Shown one piece after another: positions 56,703 to 64,000 of a stretch of 64,000 nt of DNA. How positions within the stretch are numbered: position 1 is the first letter of the stretch; the number at the start of each line of letters is the position of its first letter. The notes beneath the pieces were generated by a model, which saw only the letters and a program-made list of their open reading frames with translations, was not told the origin of the DNA and made no database searches. Made by a program: the position numbers and the translations under genes. Source of the stretch: Bacteroidota bacterium (GTDB taxonomy: Bacteria > Bacteroidota > Bacteroidia > Flavobacteriales > Flavobacteriaceae); the NCBI GenBank assembly GCA_036340635.1, contig JAYYYF010000022.1, positions 13,134 to 77,133 of the forward strand. Direction: 5' to 3'.

Positions 56703-58019
56703 ATGGAATTTCAAGAAAAATTGTTGTATTCGCACGTAGCTTTTGAAGAGTTGTTTGATGTTGAAAATCCGATACATGATAAAAGACTTGAAGCTTTAAA
56801 AATCTTCGAAAAAAAAGGTTTCCCTACAAGAAAAGATGAGGCATGGAAGTACACTTCATTAAATTCATTGGTAAATAAAGATTATGCTCTTTTCCCAAAA
56901 AAAGAAACCCCAATTGAATTAAAAAAAGTAAAAAAGTTTTTCTTGTATGAAATAGACACTTATAAAATTATATTTATAGATGGGGTATATAGTCCATTTC
57001 TTTCAGACACTACCCATGATGGTCTAGATGTTTGTTTGATGTCAGCAGCTCTATCAAAATATAAGTATAGAAAAATTATAGAAAAATATTTTGGTAATGC
57101 CGGAAGTAATGAAGATAGTTTAACTGCTCTGAATACTTCCTACGCTAGAGAAGGAGCATATATATATATTCCTAAGAACATAGTTGCTGAAAAACCAATA
57201 GAAATTATTCATTTTTCAACTGGGAAAGAACAATCAATTTGGTTGCAACCTAGGAATTTAATAGTCTTAGATAATAATTCCCAGGCACAAATAATAGAAA
57301 GGCACCAAAGTCTTAAACCGCATGAGGTTGTAACAAATAGCGTTACTGAAATTTTTACAAATAAGGATTCTTTATTGGATTATTATAAAATACAGAATGA
57401 TCTAATTTCTTCATCTTTAATTGATAACACATATATTTCACAAGAAAAAAACAGTACAGCTTCTGTACACACTTTTTCCTTGGGAGGTAAATTAGTTAGA
57501 AACAATCTTAATTTTTTCCACTCAGGACAAAGAATAAATTCTACACTTAAAGGAGTAACTATATTAAATGGTGAAGAACATGTTGATCATTATACACTAG
57601 TTAAGCACTCCGAGCCTAATTGTGAAAGTTTTCAAGAATATAAAGGGATTTTTTCTGAAAAATCTAAAGGCATATTTAACGGTAAAATATTTGTTGAATC
57701 CATAGCCCAAAAAACTAATGCTTTCCAACAAAGTAATAATCTGTTATTAGATGATATGGCAACTGTTAATACTAAACCTCAGTTAGAAATATTTGCTGAT
57801 GATGTAAAGTGTTCTCATGGATGTACAATTGGTCAACTTGATAAAGAGGCTCTTTTTTATCTTCGTTCAAGAGGGGTGCCAAAAAATGAAGCTAAGGCAC
57901 TTTTAACTTATGCTTTTGCTAACAACATTTTGGATGGAGTTCAACTACCTATTGTTAAAAAGAGAGTCAAAAATTTAATTTCAAAAAAGCTTGGTGTTAA
58001 CTTAGGATTTGATCTTTGA
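56703..58019 (+). CDS. sufD: Fe-S cluster assembly protein SufD
   Basis: Position after sufC, and a C-terminal ..PQLEIFADDVKCSHG.T.G.LD region typical of SufD. Confidence 0.9.
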   Translation: MEFQEKLLYSHVAFEELFDVENPIHDKRLEALKIFEKKGFPTRKDEAWKYTSLNSLVNKDYALFPKKETPIELKKVKKFFLYEIDTYKIIFIDGVYSPFLSDTTHDGLDVCLMSAALSKYKYRKIIEKYFGNAGSNEDSLTALNTSYAREGAYIYIPKNIVAEKPIEIIHFSTGKEQSIWLQPRNLIVLDNNSQAQIIERHQSLKPHEVVTNSVTEIFTNKDSLLDYYKIQNDLISSSLIDNTYISQEKNSTASVHTFSLGGKLVRNNLNFFHSGQRINSTLKGVTILNGEEHVDHYTLVKHSEPNCESFQEYKGIFSEKSKGIFNGKIFVESIAQKTNAFQQSNNLLLDDMATVNTKPQLEIFADDVKCSHGCTIGQLDKEALFYLRSRGVPKNEAKALLTYAFANNILDGVQLPIVKKRVKNLISKKLGVNLGFDL

Positions 58020-59233
58020 TGATAAATGTAAACTTAATTAGAAAAGACTTCCCAATACTCGATCAGAGAGTTAATGGGCAAAAACTTATTTATTTTGATA
58101 ATGCAGCAACCTCACAGACGCCAAATCAGGTAGTTCAATCAATTGTTGATTATTACAAACAGACAAATTCAAATATCCACCGAGGCACCCATAAATTAAG
58201 TATTCAAGCTACAACAGCTTATGAGGAGACTAGGGGAAAGGTTCAAAAATATTTTAACACAAAGCTTCCTCAAGAAATTATTTTCACTTCAGGAACAACT
58301 CAATCAATAAACATAATCACTTTGGGATATACTGATTTGTTGACTTCTGAAGATGAGGTGATTGTTTCTGAGATGGAGCACCATTCAAATATAGTCCCTA
58401 TTCAGATGCTTTGTGAGCGGACGGGGGCAAGGTTAAATGTAATTCCAATGGATGAGCAAGGGAATTTAATCATTAGTGAGTTTGACAAGGTTTTATCGGA
58501 GAAAACAAAACTAGTTTTTATAAGTCATGTTTCAAATGCACTGGGAACCGTGAATCCGATTTCAGAAATAATAAAAAAATCACATTGCATGGGAGCAAAA
58601 GTTTTAGTTGATGGCGCTCAAGGAGCTTCCCATTTTGAAATAGATCTTCAGAAATTGGATGTTGATTATTATACGGTTTCAGCACATAAAATGTATGGCC
58701 CAACTGGAGTAGGAGTTCTATATGGCAAAGAGGAGTTACTTGAAAAATTATCGCCATGGCATGGAGGGGGAGAAATGATAGATGAGGTTTCTTTTGAAAA
58801 AACAACATACGGGAAACTGCCTCACAAGTTTGAGCCAGGCACTCCAAACATTGCAGGTGTTATTGCTTTTGGTTCTGCTATTGAATATATAAATAATATT
58901 GGGTTAAAGAATATTAAGGCTTATGAAGATGAGCTCTTGGAATATTCTACTGTAGAACTTAAAAAAATAGAAGGCCTAAAAATTTATGGCGAAGCAAAAA
59001 ATAAAACGTCTGTTATTTCATTTAATGTTGAAGGAATTCATCACTATGACTTGGGTAGCCTTTTAGATCAATTTGGTGTCGCTGTTAGAATTGGTCATCA
59101 TTGCGCTCAACCTGTCATGAATTATTTTAAAATTCCTGGAACCGTAAGAATGTCTTTTTCATTTTATAACACAAAAGAAGAAATTAACATTATGATTCAG
59201 GCACTTAAGCAAGCAATCAAGATGTTACAATAA
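58019..59233 (+). CDS. sufS: Cysteine desulfurase, SufS subfamily
   Basis: FDNAATSQ, SAHKMYGPTGVGVLYG (PLP Lys) and RIGHHCAQP (catalytic Cys loop). ATG 58019 overlaps the sufD stop (TGATG). Confidence 0.95.
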   Translation: MINVNLIRKDFPILDQRVNGQKLIYFDNAATSQTPNQVVQSIVDYYKQTNSNIHRGTHKLSIQATTAYEETRGKVQKYFNTKLPQEIIFTSGTTQSINIITLGYTDLLTSEDEVIVSEMEHHSNIVPIQMLCERTGARLNVIPMDEQGNLIISEFDKVLSEKTKLVFISHVSNALGTVNPISEIIKKSHCMGAKVLVDGAQGASHFEIDLQKLDVDYYTVSAHKMYGPTGVGVLYGKEELLEKLSPWHGGGEMIDEVSFEKTTYGKLPHKFEPGTPNIAGVIAFGSAIEYINNIGLKNIKAYEDELLEYSTVELKKIEGLKIYGEAKNKTSVISFNVEGIHHYDLGSLLDQFGVAVRIGHHCAQPVMNYFKIPGTVRMSFSFYNTKEEINIMIQALKQAIKMLQ

Positions 59234-59249
59234 ATTCTTATTTTTGAAT

Positions 59250-59675
59250 ATGGCTGATATGGGAGCTATTCAAGAAGAAATTGTAGCTGAATTTTCAACA
59301 TTTGATAATTGGGCTGAACGGTATGAATATATGATAGAACTTGGGAAATCCTTACCATTAATAGATCCAAAATATAAGATTGAAGAAAATTTAATTAAAG
59401 GCTGTCAAAGTAATGTTTGGCTTCATGCAGAAACTAATAATGGTAAATTAATTTTCACAGCTGATAGCGATGCAATTCTTACAAAAGGAATTATAGCTAT
59501 CCTAATTCGTGTTTTTTCTAATCAGGATGCAGATTCAATTATGGAAGCAAAAACAGATTTTATAGATGAAATTGGTTTAAAAAAACACCTTTCTCCCATT
59601 CGTGCAAATGGTCTTTTATCTATGATAAAAGAATTGAAAATGTATGCTATCAAGTCTAAAACAAAAGCGAATTAA
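59250..59675 (+). CDS. sufE: SufE-family sulfur acceptor
   Basis: IKGCQSNVWL (persulfide-accepting Cys) and FTADSDA..KGI motifs. Confidence 0.9.
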   Translation: MADMGAIQEEIVAEFSTFDNWAERYEYMIELGKSLPLIDPKYKIEENLIKGCQSNVWLHAETNNGKLIFTADSDAILTKGIIAILIRVFSNQDADSIMEAKTDFIDEIGLKKHLSPIRANGLLSMIKELKMYAIKSKTKAN

Positions 59676-59680
59676 TTTTT

Positions 59681-60007
59681 ATGAGTAAAGACAAAATTGA
59701 TACAGATTTAATCGCTGAAAAAGTTGTTTCAGTTTTGAAAACTATTTATGATCCTGAAATTCCAGTTGATATTTATGAATTAGGATTAATATATGATGTC
59801 TTTGTTAATGAAAATTATGATGTCAAGATTATTATGACTCTTACTACTCCAAATTGTCCTGTTGCTGAAACTCTACCTCGAGAGGTTGAAGAGAAGGTAG
59901 AGTCCATTTCGGTAATAAAGAGTGCTAAAGTTGAGATAACTTTTGATCCCCCTTGGAATAAGGATTTAATGAGTGAGGAGGCTAAATTAGAATTAGGTTT
60001 GTTGTAA
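59681..60007 (+). CDS. DUF59 (SufT/PaaD-like) Fe-S assembly protein
   Basis: YDPEIPVDIYELGLIY and LTTPNCPVAE motifs. Confidence 0.85.
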   Translation: MSKDKIDTDLIAEKVVSVLKTIYDPEIPVDIYELGLIYDVFVNENYDVKIIMTLTTPNCPVAETLPREVEEKVESISVIKSAKVEITFDPPWNKDLMSEEAKLELGLL

Positions 60008-60528
60008 TGAAAGATGAAATAGTAAATAGAGTTGCTAAAAGCAAGCTTATAACTTTTGATTTACAGGAATACTATCCTAAAGGTGACCGCGTTTTTTTTG
60101 ATATCAGTGAGTGGCTTCATCAGGGACTAGTTTTGAAAGAAAAAAAATTCAGGGACAAAGCCAAAGATTATTCATGGGAGAAATTTAAAAGCAAGTATGT
60201 GGCTATAGGTTGTTCTACTGACGCAATTCTTCCTGCTTGGGCTCCTCTTTTAATTGCATCGTATTTAAATTCATTTGCTAAAGAAGTAGTTTTCGGAAAT
60301 TTAGAAATGCTAGAAAACCATCTGTTTAAACAGGTTATTGATGGTTTAAATTTAGATCCTTATAGAGATAAACCTATAATAATTAAGGGGTGTAGTGAAA
60401 AAGAAATACCTGAGAATGCATTTATTCAATTGCTTGTTAAATTTCAAGATGTTGCTAAAAGTATTTTTTATGGAGAGGCTTGTTCATCTGTTCCTATTTG
60501 GAAAAAAGCACAAACCAAAATTCATTGA
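60007..60528 (+). CDS. DUF2480-like protein, last suf-linked gene
   Basis: 173 aa. The N-terminal ..KLITFDLQEYYP.. resembles Bacteroidota DUF2480. The start overlaps the DUF59 stop (TAATG). Confidence 0.55.
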   Translation: MKDEIVNRVAKSKLITFDLQEYYPKGDRVFFDISEWLHQGLVLKEKKFRDKAKDYSWEKFKSKYVAIGCSTDAILPAWAPLLIASYLNSFAKEVVFGNLEMLENHLFKQVIDGLNLDPYRDKPIIIKGCSEKEIPENAFIQLLVKFQDVAKSIFYGEACSSVPIWKKAQTKIH

Positions 60529-61823
60529 AAGAAATTCCAAAGGTACTTATCTTCACATATTATTGGCCTCCATCTGGGGGGTCAGGTGTTCAAAGATGGG
60601 TTTATTTTGCTAAGTACATGAATCATTATGGGTTTAAACCCATAGTTGTCACCGTCGATCCAAAATCAGCTTCTTTCCACTCATTTGATTTTTCTTTAGA
60701 AAAAGAAATTGAAAATCTTCAAGTATATAAAACTAGATCTAGAGAAATTTTGAAGACCTACAGATTTTTATTTAAAAATAAATCTAAACAACCTTTCCCA
60801 CAAGGGGATATTTCTAACAAAGGATTTTTATCAAAAGTTGTTGCTTTTATAAGAGGAAACTTTTTTATTCCTGATGCTAGAAAAGGATGGAATTCTTTTG
60901 CCATAAGGGTTGGTGAGAAAATTTTAAGTAAAGAAAAAATCCATTCAGTTATTACTACGGGCCCTCCACATTCTACACATCTAATAGGTCTTAAATTAAA
61001 AGAAAAGTTCAAATTCAATTGGCTTGTAGATCTAAGAGATCCATGGACCGACATTTTTTATCTTAAAAGTATGTATAGAACAAGTTGGGCAAACAGGAAA
61101 GATCTAAAATATGAAACAAAGGTTTTAAACTCTGCTGATGCTATCCTTACAACGGCAAAAAAAAATTTCCACGAACAGTTAAGGAAAAACATAATTGATA
61201 AAAACAAACCTTTTTATAACATATACAATGGATATGATCATGAAAGTTTCTCGAAAATAAAATCGGAAAACAATAAAATCTTTACTTTAGGACACATAGG
61301 GTTAATAACTAGAAATCAAAGTTATAAAAAACTAATTATTGCTTTAAAATCAATTAAAGAGATTCATCCTGAGATCAAGATTAAATTTTGTTTTGCTGGA
61401 TCAACATCACAAGAAATTATCGATGAATTTTCTAAGGTTGTTAGTGTAGAAAACCATGGGTATGTAATCCATGACAAAGCTGTTGGCCTGATGAAATCAT
61501 CTCATGTTTTAATTAACTTTCTTTTTAATCAATCAAATTATACAACTATGATTTCTGGAAAACTTATTGAGTATATGGCAACTGGGAACCCTATTCTAGT
61601 AATTGGTGATCTTAATACCGAAGTTTCTGATCTAATGAAAATTTCTCACAATTCATCAGTTTGTTTATCAAATGATACAAAATCAATGAAAAATTACATT
61701 TTAAGGATTTATAATTTATGGATTGAAGATAGATTGGAGCCAAAAATTCCCAGCGGAATTCAAAACTATACCAGAAAATTTACAACAAAGCAATTATGTA
61801 AGATTATTAATGCGATGCATTAA
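60525..61823 (+). CDS. Glycosyltransferase (GT-B, group 1-like)
   Basis: VLIFTYYWPPSGGSGVQR N-terminus and a C-terminal GT-B half. TTG 60525 overlaps the upstream stop (TTGA); the longest ORF starts at ATG 60480. Confidence 0.65.
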   Translation: MKEIPKVLIFTYYWPPSGGSGVQRWVYFAKYMNHYGFKPIVVTVDPKSASFHSFDFSLEKEIENLQVYKTRSREILKTYRFLFKNKSKQPFPQGDISNKGFLSKVVAFIRGNFFIPDARKGWNSFAIRVGEKILSKEKIHSVITTGPPHSTHLIGLKLKEKFKFNWLVDLRDPWTDIFYLKSMYRTSWANRKDLKYETKVLNSADAILTTAKKNFHEQLRKNIIDKNKPFYNIYNGYDHESFSKIKSENNKIFTLGHIGLITRNQSYKKLIIALKSIKEIHPEIKIKFCFAGSTSQEIIDEFSKVVSVENHGYVIHDKAVGLMKSSHVLINFLFNQSNYTTMISGKLIEYMATGNPILVIGDLNTEVSDLMKISHNSSVCLSNDTKSMKNYILRIYNLWIEDRLEPKIPSGIQNYTRKFTTKQLCKIINAMH

Positions 61824-61869
61824 TAGTTAAAAAATAATTTTAGATTTGAAGAATATAAATTTGAGAAAA

Positions 61870-62370
61870 ATGAAAAAAATAATTATTGTTATGTTAGCTC
61901 TTGTTCTAACAGGTTGTACACAAACACAACAAAACCCAAACTTTGAAAAAAATGTTGAATTAGCTAAAAAATGGTTTGAAACATTCACATCTGAAAATTT
62001 TGAAGGTGTTTCAGACTTTATGGCTGATAATGTTGAGTGGAGAAGCTGTTTTTATGGAGCTCCCTTAATGGATAAGAATGCGTCACTTGAATACATGAAA
62101 GGGTGGCATGATGCCATGGAAGACATCAAGTATACGGCTGAAAATTATCTGCCTGGTGTTGATCCTGAGACAGGGAAACTTAATGGCAGTGTTCGAACTT
62201 ATGGAACTTGGACTGGCAAAAATACTGCTTCAGGGAAAAGTTTTGAAATATATATGTATCACTTTTTCACCTTTAACGATGAAGGTAAAATTATTAACTC
62301 AGGTGATTTTGGTGATGCAACTGGTTTAATGTTAGCAGTTGCTCCAGACGAGTCTGAAGAAGAGGAATAG
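61870..62370 (+). CDS. SnoaL/NTF2-like lipoprotein
   Basis: Lipobox LVLTGCTQ. AKKWFETFTSENFEGVSDFMADNVEW resembles the SnoaL-like fold. Acidic C-terminus. Confidence 0.55.
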   Translation: MKKIIIVMLALVLTGCTQTQQNPNFEKNVELAKKWFETFTSENFEGVSDFMADNVEWRSCFYGAPLMDKNASLEYMKGWHDAMEDIKYTAENYLPGVDPETGKLNGSVRTYGTWTGKNTASGKSFEIYMYHFFTFNDEGKIINSGDFGDATGLMLAVAPDESEEEE

Positions 62371-62393
62371 TTTAATCTTCTATATAGTCAAAT

Positions 62394-62419
62394 AAAAAGC
62401 GCCTTCGGGCGCTTTTTTT
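62394..62419 (+). terminator. Rho-independent (potentially bidirectional) terminator
   Basis: AAAAA-GCGCC-TTCG-GGCGC-TTTTTTT: a perfect 5-bp GC stem, a UUCG tetraloop, a T-run, and an A-run on the other side. Confidence 0.85.
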
Positions 62420-62516
62420 AGTATCTTCTTAAGATTAGAATTAATAGAATTGGATTTTTAAAAAAAGATCTTCTTTTGATGACTTTTATTTTAACTTTAT
62501 TATAAACAATATATTA

Positions 62517-63509
62517 ATGAGAATTAACTATTTACTTTTTTTGTTAACAGTATTTTCAGCATTTGAATGTTCAAAGAATGACAAACAAGGAATCTCTTTT
62601 TCTTCAGTCAAATCTGAATCCACTTATGATGTAATTTTTGATGAAGATATAACTTATGGAGAGGGTTTAAGTCATCAAATTTGGAATAGTCAAGCTTCTA
62701 CATTGATAGATTTGAAGCTTGACGCTTATGTTCCTAAAAATGATCTAATTGATCGCCCTGTGATCATGCTTATCCATGGGGGTGGTTTTATTGGTGGATC
62801 TAAACAACAAGCTTCTATTGTTGATATGGCAAACTATTTTGCTTCAAGGGGATGGGTAGTTTTTTCTATTGATTATCGAATTAAAGATGATTTTGGTACA
62901 GTACCCCAAGAATGGATAGATTATTCAGCAAATATAGATCCAGTTAATCTTGAACCACTTAGTGCGGCTCAGTTTTTAGCCATGTATCCTGCTCATCGTG
63001 ATGCAAAAGCGGCTCTCCGATGGGTTGTTGCTAATGCTAACATTTATAAAATTAACACAAATTATATTACTGTAGGTGGTGGATCTGCTGGCGCTATGAC
63101 AGCTGTAGGAATTGGAATTTCAACTGAGGAAGATTATAGAAATGAAATTGACATAAGTGAAGATGCAACATTGTCTAGCACGCATTTGGAAGAATCCTAT
63201 CAAGTAAAAACAGTTTTGGATTTTTGGGGTGGAAAAATTTCTTTAGATGCACTAGAGTGGATTTATGGATATCAGCGATTTAATTCCAATAGTCCTCCTT
63301 TACTTATCGTTCATGGTACAGAAGACACTTCGGTCCCCTTTAGCAATGCAGAGGAGCTTAGAATCATTTATGAAAATACAGGGGGTGATTATAAATTTTA
63401 TCCTTTACAGGGGCTTGGTCATGGTCCCTGGAATGCTATGGTTGATGGGAAGAGTTTATCGGACTTAGCTTTTGATTTTATTGTAGAAAAGCAAAATTTA
63501 ATCAATTAA
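62517..63509 (+). CDS. Secreted alpha/beta-hydrolase (esterase/lipase, HGGG type)
   Basis: Signal peptide, oxyanion-hole motif IHGGGFIGG, nucleophile elbow GGSAGA, and a late HG.ED / GHG region. Confidence 0.8.
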   Translation: MRINYLLFLLTVFSAFECSKNDKQGISFSSVKSESTYDVIFDEDITYGEGLSHQIWNSQASTLIDLKLDAYVPKNDLIDRPVIMLIHGGGFIGGSKQQASIVDMANYFASRGWVVFSIDYRIKDDFGTVPQEWIDYSANIDPVNLEPLSAAQFLAMYPAHRDAKAALRWVVANANIYKINTNYITVGGGSAGAMTAVGIGISTEEDYRNEIDISEDATLSSTHLEESYQVKTVLDFWGGKISLDALEWIYGYQRFNSNSPPLLIVHGTEDTSVPFSNAEELRIIYENTGGDYKFYPLQGLGHGPWNAMVDGKSLSDLAFDFIVEKQNLIN

Positions 63510-64000
63510 CTATTTTAAGAGATTCTGTCTTTTTCCAATCTCCTCTTGTAAAATCAGGGAACGACTGTGGCATACCCCCCTCACTTATCGAATTTGAACT
63601 TAATGGTGTTACAGCACTCCAAAAACATCCCTCATATACATTCTGATCAAGAGGAAGTCCATTTTGAAGACATTCGACAATTCTATAAATCATAATTCCA
63701 TCCATCCCACCATGACCACTTTTAGCTATTTGCTTACCAAGACTTGTATTTTTATCATTTAATTTTTTATATAATGGGTGATCATATTCTTCATATACAG
63801 CCTGCATATTTTTCCCTTGAATCCAGGAATGATGATCTTTTGAAAGATCATTAAATCCTCCTTCAAGTGCAATTCTAGTTGGGAATCCAGCTAAAATTCC
63901 TTTTGTTCCCTGAATTAAGTTTAGTCGAGTATATGGTCTTGGACTTGTTTCATCCCATTGGACCATTATAGTCCTTCCCAAACTAGTTTTAATTATTGAG
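63502..64000 (-). CDS. Gfo/Idh/MocA-type oxidoreductase / GH109-like glycosidase, C-terminal part; the 5' end lies outside the window
   Basis: The frame is open to the window edge. ..RPYTRLNLIQGTKG.., HGGMDGIM.YR and PDFTRG resemble the GH109/Gfo C-terminal domain. The 3' end overlaps the esterase gene end by 8 nt. Confidence 0.65.
   Translation of the reverse strand, partial: SIIKTSLGRTIMVQWDETSPRPYTRLNLIQGTKGILAGFPTRIALEGGFNDLSKDHHSWIQGKNMQAVYEEYDHPLYKKLNDKNTSLGKQIAKSGHGGMDGIMIYRIVECLQNGLPLDQNVYEGCFWSAVTPLSSNSISEGGMPQSFPDFTRGDWKKTESLKIVN

Noticed and set aside
56204-58847. ORFs of 117 and 109 aa antisense to sufC and sufS
   Set aside because: Both lie inside highly conserved suf genes and have no family resemblance.
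1-64000. Search for mobile elements, prophage, toxin-antitoxin or known defence systems (restriction-modification, CRISPR-Cas, retrons, CBASS, Abi)
   Set aside because: No transposase, integrase, recombinase, nuclease-methylase pair, reverse transcriptase, cyclase or small paired toxin-like ORFs were recognised. No terminal inverted repeats or tRNA-flanked islands were seen. The accessory content is confined to the glycan operon.

Overview
The window is an AT-rich (roughly 30% G+C by eye, not computed), very gene-dense chromosomal segment. It looks like a streamlined marine Flavobacteriia (Bacteroidota) genome. Supporting signs are TAnnTTTG -7 promoter boxes, no Shine-Dalgarno signals, DUF3127 and DUF2480 genes, a TonB-dependent receptor behind a TPP riboswitch, and many stop/start overlaps.

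Layout:
- 1-20369: one co-directional surface-glycan operon of about 20 kb. It combines a nonulosonic-acid-like (NeuB-family) module, a GDP-6-deoxyhexose module (gmd, fcl/colC-like, a ColD-like 3-dehydratase, a perosamine-synthase-like aminotransferase), five to six glycosyltransferases, and rmlACDB.
- 20373-24985: DoxX, rplU-rpmA, ahcY, and a PPTase / DUF77 / PnuC / NadR-like-kinase operon.
- 25018-27334: a TPP riboswitch followed by a TonB-dependent receptor.
- 27306-40596: housekeeping genes, including greA, HIT, an orphan histidine kinase, DUF3127, tsf-rpsB, rpsI-rplM, polA, tadA, csp and aspS.
- 40660-47219: a TetR-TolC-MFP-RND efflux operon.
- 47306-54060: polyprenyl synthase, a lycopene-cyclase-like gene, a ZIP transporter, thiL and two secreted repeat proteins.
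- 54155-61823: sufA-B-C-D-S-E, DUF59, DUF2480 and a glycosyltransferase.
- 61870-64000: a SnoaL-like lipoprotein, a strong terminator, an esterase and a partial GH109/Gfo-like gene.

I saw no tRNA, rRNA, CRISPR array, transposase, integrase, phage gene or recognisable defence gene.

The best candidates for something new are:
- the atypical accessory enzyme set around the NeuB homologue;
- the ColD-like dehydratase coupled to an aminotransferase;
- the DUF77 / Pnu / P-loop kinase block sitting directly upstream of the TPP-riboswitch receptor;
- the DUF3127 protein with an SSB-like acidic tail.

All functional calls come from motif recognition by eye. No searches were run.
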